A stretch of DNA of 64,000 nt from Candidatus Latescibacterota bacterium (GCA_965116885.1 OZ220741.1:3712001-3776000), one strand, 5' to 3'. Positions 1 through 9,776 are shown, counted from the stretch's first letter. The notes: generated from the sequence alone by a model not told the origin. Numbers and translations: made by a program.

Positions 1-808
1 TATTTTCCCCGGCCACTGCGCGATGGGTTGCTGCATCTGCATTGTGCATCAATACACCGGTTCCGGCTGCGCGCAACATGGGGAGATCATTATTGCCATC
101 GCCCACCGCCATCACTTCATCGAGGCTGCTGCCAATATGGTTGGCAATCGCTGTGAGTGCCGCGCCTTTGTTCACATCCGGGTGCATGATTTCGATGCGA
201 CCCGCCACGGCCCATGCCATGTAAATTTGATCGCCAAATATATTTTTTAATTCTTCAACAGTCTCATCGGCATGCCCGGGTTTGGGCAAGAGCATTATTT
301 TGGGTGGCGCGGCCAATTCTTTCGCGCGTATTTGCTGAGCGAGACCGGCATCGACTTCATAGACCATATTGGTCATTGTGGCTACCGCGCGGCTCATTTT
401 TGTCATGCGGTCGGTGATATAAACTTCGCAGGGGCCTTCGCTATTCATGTCACAGCGGCAATATACAAAATTCATGAGCCGGTCATCGGCATATTGGATC
501 AGCGATAAGAATATTTCATCGGGCAAACGCTGTTCGTGCATGAGCTGGCGTGTGCCATTCGTTTTGGGAGCAAAAACCATTGCGCCATTATAACATCCGG
601 CATAGAGCGCGTCAGCCACGCTGGGATTGCGTACAAACGGGATTTGATTGCGTTCGAAATTGCGCCCACTCATAGACGCTACAGCTACGCCGCGATTCAA
701 CAATTCGCAAATTGCCGCCATCGAAGCATCCGATGGGGTGTTGTTGTGATTTAAGATCGTTCCATCCAGGTCAAAAGCTACGAGTTTGACCACGCGGGTT
801 CTCCTCAT
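1..808 (-). CDS. Cof-type HAD-IIB family hydrolase (3' end runs off the window)
   Basis: Not in the ORF track. Manual minus-strand translation from ATG at 808 gives MRRTRVVKLVAFDLDGTILN (HAD motif I), SGR, IEIMHPDVNKGAAL and VMAVGDGNNDLPML (motif IV). Confidence 0.9.
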   Translation of the reverse strand, partial: MRRTRVVKLVAFDLDGTILNHNNTPSDASMAAICELLNRGVAVASMSGRNFERNQIPFVRNPSVADALYAGCYNGAMVFAPKTNGTRQLMHEQRLPDEIFLSLIQYADDRLMNFVYCRCDMNSEGPCEVYITDRMTKMSRAVATMTNMVYEVDAGLAQQIRAKELAAPPKIMLLPKPGHADETVEELKNIFGDQIYMAWAVAGRIEIMHPDVNKGAALTAIANHIGSSLDEVMAVGDGNNDLPMLRAAGTGVLMHNADAATHRAVAGEN

Positions 809-818
809 TGGGGTGATT

Positions 819-1856
819 TTAATCAACCAAAGGCAACCGAACAGTTCCGCCTCGTTCTGTTGATCGGTGAACTGCCTCGGTGAATTCCATATATTTCATG
901 CCTTCGTAAAAACTGGTATCGCCCTGAGGCCCACCTTTGATGGCATTGATAAAATCGGCTTCCACAGTCCATTCGGTAGCTTCATTTTCAGGAATGGGAA
1001 TTTGTTGTGGCCGCCTGTCGCCTGTTTTTGCGCCGAGGATTTGCGTTCCCATGTCGTAGATCAATGTGCCTTTGCTGCCATAAGCTTCAACGACGGATTT
1101 TCCACCAAATTGCGCGACGCCCGAAAATAGAAATGCCGCACGCGCGCCATTTTCCATTTTGCCTATGATATGCGCCATATCAGGTGTTTCAACCGGTCCA
1201 GTGCCAGACCCATCGGGTAGTGGTCGCTCTTTTGTAAAAATTTCAGTTTCAGCCGTTATGGTTGACATATAGCCAAATACGCGCGCCACGCGCTCGACGG
1301 TAATGCCCATTCCCAGGATATTCAAGCCCGAATATCGGCGCATTTGCCGCCAGTGCAATGGCTCTTCAGTATCCCAATAGCGCCCGCCCAGGTCGCGGAC
1401 ATAGACGTGGAAAATATCACCCAGATACCCTTCATCTATGAGCCGACGCAAGAAACGCCCGCCTTTCCAGGGGGGGGCTGGACAAATTTGGGTTACGAGA
1501 TTGGATTCTCGACTTCTGGCATACATCAATCGGGCTTCGCGCAAGTTCATCGCCATGCGCGCCTGTACAAAGGTGTGTTTGCCCGCGTCTAAGGACGCGA
1601 GGACAAATTCACAGTGTTTGTACGGCCAGGTGCCGATCATTACCGCGTCGATGTCGTCCCGGTGCAACAGGGCCTGTGGGTCGGTCAGGGCTTCGGCTGA
1701 TAAGCCTTGCTCGGCTATGACCTTTTCACCGCTTTCTATGCTGCGGTTGCATATTGCCACGACTTCGGCATCGTCAATTTTTGCCAATCCCGGAAAATGT
1801 CGGCTCCGAAAAATACCACCCGCACCAATAATGCCAATGCGAATTTTATCTGCCAT
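819..1856 (-). CDS. Gfo/Idh/MocA family oxidoreductase
   Basis: N-terminal Rossmann fold IRIGIIGAGG, then DIDAVMIGTWPYKH and GKHTFVQARMA (variant of the EKP motif). Confidence 0.9.
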   Translation of the reverse strand: MADKIRIGIIGAGGIFRSRHFPGLAKIDDAEVVAICNRSIESGEKVIAEQGLSAEALTDPQALLHRDDIDAVMIGTWPYKHCEFVLASLDAGKHTFVQARMAMNLREARLMYARSRESNLVTQICPAPPWKGGRFLRRLIDEGYLGDIFHVYVRDLGGRYWDTEEPLHWRQMRRYSGLNILGMGITVERVARVFGYMSTITAETEIFTKERPLPDGSGTGPVETPDMAHIIGKMENGARAAFLFSGVAQFGGKSVVEAYGSKGTLIYDMGTQILGAKTGDRRPQQIPIPENEATEWTVEADFINAIKGGPQGDTSFYEGMKYMEFTEAVHRSTERGGTVRLPLVD

Positions 1857-1955
1857 TTTTTACCTCGCTGTGTTGTCGTTGTTCTTCTCAATATAGAAAC
1901 TGCAGTGCGAATGTATCACAGTTTTTGCCGATTAGCAAATGAATCGGTCACGGCC

Positions 1956-2819
1956 TCAGGCTGTATCGAACTTCCCTGAGTTCTCTATATATCTTTCATA
2001 GGGAACAAGGTTGACGCCACTCCCCCTGTGGATAAAGATCGAACTCTCGCTATATTCGCCATGGCGAAAGATGGGCTCGAATCCATAGGATCCGACTTCG
2101 GCCTGGAGCCGTCTCCAATCCCGATAACACCGCTTTGGAATGTAGGTCCTGCCATTCACAACAATTGTGTCCTCGCACGCTTCGATCCGCTCCCGTTCGG
2201 ACGGGTATTTTTCGAGCGGTTCGTAGTAGTAATCTGTTGACGGATCGTAAAGACAGTCGTTGTCATAGATGTCATAGGTTTGGCCAGTTGATCTGTCGAT
2301 GACTTTCATGTCCGGAGTATGTCGGGAGGACTCGTAAACCGAGGAACTCACGAGATAGTAGCCCTCAGGCTTCAGTCGCGCCTTGACGCTTTCGAAGACA
2401 GATCTGCGCTCTTCTACAAATACGATGTGATTGATGCAGTAGCTGTCGACGATCAAATCGAACTGGTTTCCACTGTGCGGGATCTGGGTTACGTCCATCA
2501 CCTCATACTGAATGGACAAACCTCGAAGGGTAGCTATTTCCCGGGCCGTGTGGATCGCTTCAGGTATCACGTCGTAACCGGTGACCTGGTAACCCCGCTC
2601 GGCGAGAAATAACGCGCCTGGCCCCACACCGGTGCCGAGTTCGAGAGCCGTTGGATTCGGTGTCTCAAACCGGAGCCTCGGCAAGGCCGCTTCGAGAAAG
2701 TTGCGAGATGAAAAGTCGTGGAAGTCCGTGCCTCCATACGTCCTTTTTGCCCAATTCTCCAGACTCATCCGCGTCATGATTTCGTATCGCCGAATATTTT
2801 CACGGAAGTAGTATCTCAT
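1956..2819 (-). CDS. class I SAM-dependent methyltransferase
   Basis: ALELGTGVG (motif I), VTGYDV and FDLIVDSYCINHI. Confidence 0.85.
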   Translation of the reverse strand: MRYYFRENIRRYEIMTRMSLENWAKRTYGGTDFHDFSSRNFLEAALPRLRFETPNPTALELGTGVGPGALFLAERGYQVTGYDVIPEAIHTAREIATLRGLSIQYEVMDVTQIPHSGNQFDLIVDSYCINHIVFVEERRSVFESVKARLKPEGYYLVSSSVYESSRHTPDMKVIDRSTGQTYDIYDNDCLYDPSTDYYYEPLEKYPSERERIEACEDTIVVNGRTYIPKRCYRDWRRLQAEVGSYGFEPIFRHGEYSESSIFIHRGSGVNLVPYERYIENSGKFDTA

Positions 2820-4130
2820 TTAATCATTCCTGTTTTCGCTTTTCGCCAAACTGGCACAGACCAGTTCTTTATCATTTCGGGCGAACACATGTTTATAGGC
2901 AAACGCAGGATGCGCCCACGTGACACCCCCTCTGCGGTTCAACTGGTCGCGCGTCGGTTCGATCAGTTTCGCGCGGCTGATGATATTCAGCCCGTCCGGC
3001 GAAAGCGTTGTAATCAGGAGTTCGCCGCGCTCATTGAACATCCAGACCTTGTCACCGTTTTTGATAAAATGGATGTTGCTCCAGCGCGCTTTCGGAACCG
3101 CGGTGAGGTCTTCCCAAATCCGATCGCCGTTGCGGGCATCGAGACAGCGGAGTTCCCCATAGCTATCCACACCGTAAATGTAATCGCCGAGTCGGATCGG
3201 GGTTGACATCGTGGAATGGAGCGCGTCTGTGTTCCGCTCATTTTTTCCCTTACGGTGCCAACCGAATTGCATCATCGGCTTATCTGGATTCAGTTTCAGC
3301 AGCAGCGAGCCTTCAAAGAAATCGGTGATAAACAATTCATTTTGATAAAAAACGGGACTTGCGATCCCGATCTCCATGCGAGTCGGTGGAAACGGATGGC
3401 GCCAATGTGTGCTGCCTGTCTGCGGGTTGAGCCCAGCGATATTTCTACCTGTCCAACAGACGAGCACCCGCTCGTCACCCTGTGTAATCACAATTGGAGC
3501 TGAGTAAGATGCGTTGTCTTCAAGGGCTTTCCATTTTTCGGCTCCGGTTTCGCGATCAAAAGCGACAATGCACGCTCCGGGCGTGCCGCCGATTTGTACG
3601 ATGAGGTGTGAACCCTCGACAATCGGCGCGCTCGCAATCCCCCAGGTTGGCATCTCAATATTGTATTCGGTGTTGAGGTCTTTTTTCCACTTCAACGTGC
3701 CGGTTGCAGCATCAAAGCAGTGGAGATGCCCCATCGCCCCCAGGGCGTAAGCGAGTCCGTCATGTATGATAACATTGGCTCGAGGCCCGGCGGTATAGTC
3801 AATGCGGTATTCACACTCGTAGGTGAAGGACCAAATCGATTCCCCTGTTTCCCAGTCGAAACAGTGAACGCGTTCGACCTGTTTCGGTTTCGCGAGACGG
3901 TCAGTAATGTAAACGCGCCCGTCAGCGACGCTCGGGCCGCTATAGCCGCTGCCGATTGGCACTCGCCAACGGATCGGGATCTCCGGTCCGTCAAATGCCT
4001 CCAATATCCCGGTTTCGCTCCAAACACCGTCCCGGTGCGGTCCCCGCCACTGCGGCCATTCATCGGCCAAAACTGAAAATATGGGAAAAAGCACAGCGAG
4101 CAGTATTAGTTTCAATAGGATTCGGTTCAT
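2820..4130 (-). CDS. secreted PQQ-binding-like (BamB-like) beta-propeller protein
   Basis: Signal peptide followed by DEWPQWRGPHRDG, with repeated C/A-x-D-x-x-T-G-x-x-x-W blade motifs. Confidence 0.85.
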   Translation of the reverse strand: MNRILLKLILLAVLFPIFSVLADEWPQWRGPHRDGVWSETGILEAFDGPEIPIRWRVPIGSGYSGPSVADGRVYITDRLAKPKQVERVHCFDWETGESIWSFTYECEYRIDYTAGPRANVIIHDGLAYALGAMGHLHCFDAATGTLKWKKDLNTEYNIEMPTWGIASAPIVEGSHLIVQIGGTPGACIVAFDRETGAEKWKALEDNASYSAPIVITQGDERVLVCWTGRNIAGLNPQTGSTHWRHPFPPTRMEIGIASPVFYQNELFITDFFEGSLLLKLNPDKPMMQFGWHRKGKNERNTDALHSTMSTPIRLGDYIYGVDSYGELRCLDARNGDRIWEDLTAVPKARWSNIHFIKNGDKVWMFNERGELLITTLSPDGLNIISRAKLIEPTRDQLNRRGGVTWAHPAFAYKHVFARNDKELVCASLAKSENRND

Positions 4131-4132
4131 GG

Positions 4133-5485
4133 TTAATCATGTCCTTTTTTAAAACGCAAGTTTTTGACCCGGTTTCCAGTCAGCCTGAACCCTGTAACTT
4201 GTCCCGTATCGTCTCGCGTAAAATAAACTTCTGGAAAAAACCACGCATCTCCGACGAAATGATCATCGTTACAGGTTAGCGATATGTCGTCATGGCGTCT
4301 GTGTTGCGCCACAAGCCGGTTCCCTCGCACACCAATGGTATAGGTGGTATCGAGTTCTTCTGTGTAATAAGCGCCTTCGTATTCTGACAACTGCTCAGGT
4401 GATAGGGGGGCGGTCTCGGTGCGTTCAGGGGTTTGCGTATCCGGCTGGGGTGCTTCGGGCGCGAGAACATCCGCGAGATAGAGATCAGCGACCTTTTTTG
4501 CCAGATTAAGCGGGTTAAAGGTGTCCAGATTACACAATATGACAATGCCAAATTTTTGATCCGGAAAACGTATGAGATGGCTGCGAAATCCCCGCCAGGA
4601 TCCGCCGTGCCCGACTGTTTTCTGTGCTCTGTACTCGCCAGTGTCCAATCCAAAGGCGTAGCTGATCTGTTCTCCATTATTGAGAACGCCCCGCTGATGC
4701 ATCTGCTCAATCACTGCCTGTCCGCCTATTCGTGCATCGTCAAAGTTCAGAATCCACTTTGACAGATCTTCTACTGTTGAATAGAGCGAACTCGAACCGA
4801 GAGCGGTTAAGTTGTTCACGGCATTCTTGAACCCATTATCTTTCACGGACAAATAGGAATACGCCCGGTTTTTTACAATCATCTCGTGGTCATCGTGAAA
4901 GTGGGTGCTGGTCATGGCGAGGGGCTTAAAGATGTTGGCGTCCGTCCATTCGCGAAATGAATCTCCCGTTATTTTTTCAACGATTTCTGCCAGCAGATTA
5001 TACCCCGTATTTGAGTATAAAAACGCTGTTCCTGGCTCGAAATTGAGTTCTCTCTGGCGCCTTACCATTTTCAAAATATGCTTAAACGAAATCACGTCAT
5101 CCATCTGTCCGCCAGCGATGACAAGTGCCTGTACCCAATCCCGCAATCCACTCGTGTGATGCACCAGATGTCGAATCGTTATTTTTGTTCCAAAATCCGG
5201 AACATCGGGCAAGTGCATCCGAATATCGTCATCCAGCGAGAGTTTCCCTTCGTGCAACAACGTGGCGATGGCAAAGCCCGCAAATTGCTTGGAGACCGAA
5301 GCAATGTCGAAGATGGTTGTCGGCGCAATCGGGATGTCGTATTCCAGATTCGCCATACCGTATCCGCGTTTGTAGATAATTTCACTGTCTTTGATAACCG
5401 ATAGAGCCGCGCCAGGGGAATCTGGCTTGTCCCATTCCGCGAACACTTGATCAACTTTAGCCTCAAGTGACTCGTTATTTGGCAT
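4133..5485 (-). CDS. serine hydrolase, class C beta-lactamase/D-aminopeptidase-like, with C-terminal extension domain
   Basis: SxxK (IASVSKQF), LVHHTSG, YSN (FLYSNTGY) and GHGG motifs. Confidence 0.85.
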   Translation of the reverse strand: MPNNESLEAKVDQVFAEWDKPDSPGAALSVIKDSEIIYKRGYGMANLEYDIPIAPTTIFDIASVSKQFAGFAIATLLHEGKLSLDDDIRMHLPDVPDFGTKITIRHLVHHTSGLRDWVQALVIAGGQMDDVISFKHILKMVRRQRELNFEPGTAFLYSNTGYNLLAEIVEKITGDSFREWTDANIFKPLAMTSTHFHDDHEMIVKNRAYSYLSVKDNGFKNAVNNLTALGSSSLYSTVEDLSKWILNFDDARIGGQAVIEQMHQRGVLNNGEQISYAFGLDTGEYRAQKTVGHGGSWRGFRSHLIRFPDQKFGIVILCNLDTFNPLNLAKKVADLYLADVLAPEAPQPDTQTPERTETAPLSPEQLSEYEGAYYTEELDTTYTIGVRGNRLVAQHRRHDDISLTCNDDHFVGDAWFFPEVYFTRDDTGQVTGFRLTGNRVKNLRFKKGHD

Positions 5486-5638
5486 TGGTTACCTTCTCTC
5501 GAAGAATTTCTCGCAAAGCCACCCATCAGAAATGCTTTAACGGTTCTCCTGTTCCTGAACCGCGAATGCGGTTGGGTGAAGGCCAAGCTACCGTGTGGCG
5601 TGTTGCTTCAACGGAATGTTAAGAGAGAGACCTGGATT

Positions 5639-6679
5639 TCAACTAATTGGTTTAGGCACGAGCCGTCCATCTTCGATGGTATAGTCTCGAAATACGCTAA
5701 CTGTATTTTCAAGGAATTCATGAAGAAGGCTAATTGCTCTTAATGCATCTCTCTTCATTGATAACTCAGTAATCGGGCTTTTAGGATGTATGTGTTTATT
5801 TCGTATTCTATTTATAGATTCTAAGACCGCGGCTTGTTCTGAAGTTATCAGGCCAAATGATTGAAGTCGTGGGATTTTCTGACCTAGAGTTTCTTCTTGT
5901 ATTATTTGTTCTCTAATTGATTTATCGATTTCATATCTCTCTATGAGGTTGTTACATATTCGGTCCGCTACCGTTGCAGTTGAGGCTATACAAGAAAAAA
6001 AATGACCGTCTATATATGTATTACGTGCCTCAAGTAACAATGGTCGTATTTCATCATCATCATGTATTATCAGTGTTGGTAATCTCAGGTGACGCTTAAC
6101 CTTATCGACCGCAGTGCGTTTTATTTCGTCAATCTGTAATCTCTTAAGCTGTAGTGTAAATGCTCGCTTTTGAGCTGGAGTACCAATATAACTGTTCTTA
6201 AGCAAATCTATATATACTTTGAGAAATCCTTCTTCAGAGGTTAATTGCAATCCTTCATATCCCAACGCTTTTTTTAACAGTTTGAACTGATTGCCATCTT
6301 CTAAAAAACCCAGCTTTCCAAATGCAATATAATAACGTTCATTCTCTCCTTGGCAGATGAAGATATATGGCCTTCCCCAGTACTGCTTATTCAGTTTAAT
6401 ACGTTCAATTCCTCTTATATCAGGATGTCTAATTTCTTCATCCTTTTTTATAGGCCTCGCTGTTTTGATGTTTATAGTCTCTATCATACCACCAGTCTCG
6501 TCGTTCAAATAAATAGTGGGACCTTTTAATGACTTCCATAGCAATAATCCTGAGCGGAGATGTATAGGACCTGCTTGACGAGATGTATCTACTCGCTTTT
6601 GAATCTCAGGAAAGACCCAAGTTCGGATTATACGCTCAAAAAGCAGTTGAGCAGGTGTTTTTTGTCGTTGCGCTGCCAT
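5639..6679 (-). CDS. hypothetical protein with C-terminal DUF4145/HEPN-like domain
   Basis: Visibly AT-rich ORF. Helical C-terminal region LLEAR...TLGQKI..L...GLI...INRIRNKHIHP carries an RxxxxH motif. Confidence 0.6.
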   Translation of the reverse strand: MAAQRQKTPAQLLFERIIRTWVFPEIQKRVDTSRQAGPIHLRSGLLLWKSLKGPTIYLNDETGGMIETINIKTARPIKKDEEIRHPDIRGIERIKLNKQYWGRPYIFICQGENERYYIAFGKLGFLEDGNQFKLLKKALGYEGLQLTSEEGFLKVYIDLLKNSYIGTPAQKRAFTLQLKRLQIDEIKRTAVDKVKRHLRLPTLIIHDDDEIRPLLLEARNTYIDGHFFSCIASTATVADRICNNLIERYEIDKSIREQIIQEETLGQKIPRLQSFGLITSEQAAVLESINRIRNKHIHPKSPITELSMKRDALRAISLLHEFLENTVSVFRDYTIEDGRLVPKPIS

Positions 6680-6689
6680 AAACTCAGTC

Positions 6690-6920
6690 TCAGTTTGCCA
6701 CTACCAGTGCGTCTTTTGCCTTGCAAGGCAGTTCGACGAGGATGAAATAGGATGCGGGATACAAGTAGTCTTCCCACGATTCGTCAATGACTCTCAAATA
6801 TCCCTCTTGCGCTGCTTCTTCGTCGGGCAAAATCTGATATATTTTCCGCTTCTCCAGATCGTCGCAGTCTCTATTTTCGATACACAGCGCGAATTGAGAT
6901 GATGATCGGGTATTTTTCAT
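6690..6920 (-). CDS. small conserved hypothetical protein of a type usually found in two-gene TA-like pairs
   Basis: FALCIEN...LEKRKIYQILPD....GYLRVIDES.EDYLYP pattern recognised from memory. Start taken at MKNTRSS. Confidence 0.6.
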   Translation of the reverse strand: MKNTRSSSQFALCIENRDCDDLEKRKIYQILPDEEAAQEGYLRVIDESWEDYLYPASYFILVELPCKAKDALVVAN

Positions 6921-6935
6921 TTTTACCACTCCAGA

Positions 6936-7442
6936 TTAGGGAGGGAATAGTGAGGAAAGAAGCGTGTCATAGATTTTTCGGTTGATGCGTCCTGATCGAA
7001 ATAACTCATTGAGTTTATTATGAGCGTCTGTCTCCGAAATGCTATTCTGCCGAAACGCCGCAATAATTTGTCCTGCAATACCCGAAATCTGTACTCCTGC
7101 AAGTTGGGCAACACGCCGTCCAACAGTTTCCTCAATGAGAAGAGGCAACTGCAGTTCAAGCGCAAGCTGTATCGCTTGTATCTCCCCATCGTGTAACCGT
7201 TCTGCTTCTGGTAGAGCAAGCGGCTGTGACACAGGGCGAATTTCTATCAAGTCAATAATGTTGTGGTGATGTAGGTACTCCTGTGGATTTGCAAATTGTC
7301 CTTCTGCAACTTCGTTAAGCACAGCAGGAGGAATGATCAGTTTATCATATAGACAGCGGATGAAGTCATACCCTTGATTGAGTTTTTCCAATGAAATCAG
7401 TGGCCCAGTATTGCTCACAATATGCCGCACAAGTTCCCTCAT
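6936..7442 (-). CDS. PIN-domain protein, DUF3368 family (VapC-like toxin)
   Basis: IVSNTGPLISL, LIIPPAVLNE, LHDGEIQAIQLA and LLIEE...GRRVA motifs. Confidence 0.85.
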   Translation of the reverse strand: MRELVRHIVSNTGPLISLEKLNQGYDFIRCLYDKLIIPPAVLNEVAEGQFANPQEYLHHHNIIDLIEIRPVSQPLALPEAERLHDGEIQAIQLALELQLPLLIEETVGRRVAQLAGVQISGIAGQIIAAFRQNSISETDAHNKLNELFRSGRINRKIYDTLLSSLFPP

Positions 7443-7669
7443 GCGTGCAGTTCTACATCAATGGTCTCTGGCGTATCAACTAAGATGGAAAACCCGAACT
7501 GCGGCAGCAATTCCTCGAACGCACGGCGAGAGATCCCGAGCGCGAGACATGCTTCTTTCTCGGAGAGTTTTCCTACATGGTAGAGTGTTGCAACCAGGAC
7601 TTCTCTGAAATACGTCTGATCGAGGCGAGCAAGCGCAGCCGTATCTGGCAAGTCTAAAGAAATTTTCAT
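7439..7669 (-). CDS. UPF0175 family protein (putative antitoxin)
   Basis: MKISLDLPD...LYHVGKLSEKEACLALGISRRAFEELL. Overlaps the PIN gene start by 4 nt. Confidence 0.8.
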   Translation of the reverse strand: MKISLDLPDTAALARLDQTYFREVLVATLYHVGKLSEKEACLALGISRRAFEELLPQFGFSILVDTPETIDVELHA

Positions 7670-7685
7670 ATTGTATGCCCTTTGT

Positions 7686-7874
7686 TTATGAAGTGACCAA
7701 CGCCTTACATGCATGAATATCTTCTCGAGTCAGCGAAGGATATTCTGCGCGGAGATCCTCGGCAGTGTCCCCATTGGCCAACATCCCCAGGATTAGATGC
7801 ACCGGGATACGGGTACCTTTAATACATGCTTGTCCGTGACAAACTCTGGGATCAATGGCAATACGTTCATGCAT
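7686..7874 (-). CDS. DUF433 domain protein (antitoxin-like), possibly C-terminally truncated
   Basis: RIAIDPRVCHGQACIKGTRIPVHLILGMLANG...YPSLTREDI. Confidence 0.85.
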   Translation of the reverse strand: MHERIAIDPRVCHGQACIKGTRIPVHLILGMLANGDTAEDLRAEYPSLTREDIHACKALVTS

Positions 7875-7913
7875 TTTTTATCTCACCTAAAAGGACTTTC
7901 ACTTCTTATCTAT

Positions 7914-8717
7914 CTATATCATGCCTGTCACTTGCATCGCGGCTCTGACAATCTCGGAGAGCGCGCATTCGCCGGTGACGCGATCATCGAGTTTCCGGCT
8001 GTAGAGCGCAATCACCATTGTCCCTGCTGGGGATTCGACGAAGCCAATATCATTGATTACACCCCGATTCGAGCCGGTTTTGGAACCCCAGCGATAGGTT
8101 TTGGAGGTCGGCACGTATCGGCCGATGCGGCGACCATTCTGTTGCTGGGTCAAGGTGGAGAGCATGGCCTGACAGGCTGCGGGGGATGCGGCCTGGTCGT
8201 CGAGAATCGTCTTGACGACGGCAGTGTAGTCGTTGGGTGTAGCCCAATTTTCCTGTTCCCCTTTAATCGCGAGGCGTCCGCGCATGGGACGTCCGAGAAT
8301 GGAGGCGGTCATACCGAGTTCTCGCATTGTCGCGTTGATGCGATCCATTCCGGCTGCTTCAATCAATATGTTGGTGGCGGTGTTGTCGCTGATGGACATC
8401 ATCAAGTACAGAAGATCTCCAAACGACAGTTGCAGCCCGGTATGCATGTGTCGCAGCACACCACTGCCGGGAGATTTATCCACAGAGCGGACGATGTATG
8501 TGTCGTCGAGCGCGAGTGTGCCGCGATCAATAGCTCTGTAGATCTCGATCATGATCGGGATTTTAACGGTGCTGGCCGCCGGAAACTGATGATCGCCCCG
8601 TGAGGCCCAACGCTCTCCCTGAGGTGAAATTACACTGACGCCGATCATGCCGGGTGATTCATACTCTTTAACCGCTTGTTCCAGCCTGCTCCAGTCTGTG
8701 GTCATGCGGCCTCTCAA
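7914..8717 (-). CDS. class A beta-lactamase-like serine hydrolase, no signal peptide
   Basis: FPAASTVK (SxxK), SDNTATN (SDN) and SKTG (KTG) motifs. Confidence 0.8.
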   Translation of the reverse strand: MRGRMTTDWSRLEQAVKEYESPGMIGVSVISPQGERWASRGDHQFPAASTVKIPIMIEIYRAIDRGTLALDDTYIVRSVDKSPGSGVLRHMHTGLQLSFGDLLYLMMSISDNTATNILIEAAGMDRINATMRELGMTASILGRPMRGRLAIKGEQENWATPNDYTAVVKTILDDQAASPAACQAMLSTLTQQQNGRRIGRYVPTSKTYRWGSKTGSNRGVINDIGFVESPAGTMVIALYSRKLDDRVTGECALSEIVRAAMQVTGMI

Positions 8718-9763
8718 TCAACAATGGGCAAATGGACCGTTGCGCCGCGTTCGACGGAGCGGAATACGGCTTCGGTGAATTCCATGTATTTCACGCCCTG
8801 ATAAAAGGTCGATTCAGCGGGTTTGCCGGTTTTGATCATGTCGATGAAATCTGCCTCAACCGTCCACTCGCGCATGTCGGATGCGGGGACATCCAATTCC
8901 CGCAATGCGCCATCGCTGGATTTTGCACCCAATATACGTTGCTCGTCCAAAACGGGGGAGGTTTCGTAGATGAGTGTACCGTCCGTGCCGTAAATTTCAA
9001 TGCTTTCACCCGGCGCGTGATGCGCGGTGCCGGAGAAGAGATAGACCGCAGTGGCACCGCTTTCCATTTGCGCCAGGATATTTACGGTGTCTGGGCGGTC
9101 AACTGGTCCCATGCCGTCCTCTGTGGAGCGTTCGGTCACATAAGTTTCTGCTTGTGCGGATACGGATTTGGTATAGCCACACCAGCGGTGTACAAATTCT
9201 ACCAGCATGCCCACGCTCATGGTGTTTAATCCGGAGAAGCGACCGATCTGTCGCCAATGTAGCGGCGTACTGGGGTCAATCCCACCGGGCGTCATTGAGC
9301 GGATGACGATGTTGCGAATATCGCCAACATATCCTTCGGCGATCAACCGCTGCACAAACCAGTCGCCCTTTAATGCGTGCGGCGGCTGGCATATCTGGTG
9401 CGCGAGGTCTGATTCCATTGCTGCGGCATACATAATTTTTGCTTCGCGCAAATTCATTGCCATACGCGCCTGGACAAATGCATGCTTGCCCGCATTGAGG
9501 GATTCGAGTACAAACTCGCAGTGTTTGTACGGCCAGGTGCCAATCATCACGGCATCGATGTCATCTCGCGCGATGAGCGCGTGGGGATCGGTCATGAGGT
9601 CGGGATTCAGTCCAAATTCAGCCGCTATTTTGCCGCCACTCTCTTCACTGCGGTTGCATATTGCCACGACCTCGGCATCGTCAATTTGGGCCAATCCCGG
9701 GAAGTGGCGGGTGCGAAAAATACCGCCCGCACCAATAATACCAATGCGAATTTTATCTGCCAT
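8714..9763 (-). CDS. Gfo/Idh/MocA family oxidoreductase (paralog of 819-1856)
   Basis: MADKIRIGIIGAGGIFRTRHFPGL N-terminus nearly identical to the first copy. GGAGG RBS lies upstream of ATG 9763. Confidence 0.9.
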   Translation of the reverse strand: MADKIRIGIIGAGGIFRTRHFPGLAQIDDAEVVAICNRSEESGGKIAAEFGLNPDLMTDPHALIARDDIDAVMIGTWPYKHCEFVLESLNAGKHAFVQARMAMNLREAKIMYAAAMESDLAHQICQPPHALKGDWFVQRLIAEGYVGDIRNIVIRSMTPGGIDPSTPLHWRQIGRFSGLNTMSVGMLVEFVHRWCGYTKSVSAQAETYVTERSTEDGMGPVDRPDTVNILAQMESGATAVYLFSGTAHHAPGESIEIYGTDGTLIYETSPVLDEQRILGAKSSDGALRELDVPASDMREWTVEADFIDMIKTGKPAESTFYQGVKYMEFTEAVFRSVERGATVHLPIVD

Positions 9764-9776
9764 TACAGCCTCCATT

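Noticed and set aside
23..754. Short + strand ORFs at the window start
   Set aside because: They are antisense shadows of the minus-strand Cof-type HAD gene.
7914..8717. Antibiotic-resistance class A beta-lactamase
   Set aside because: It has SxxK/SDN/KTG but no signal peptide and no clear omega-loop ExxLN, so a cytoplasmic hydrolase of unknown substrate is more likely.
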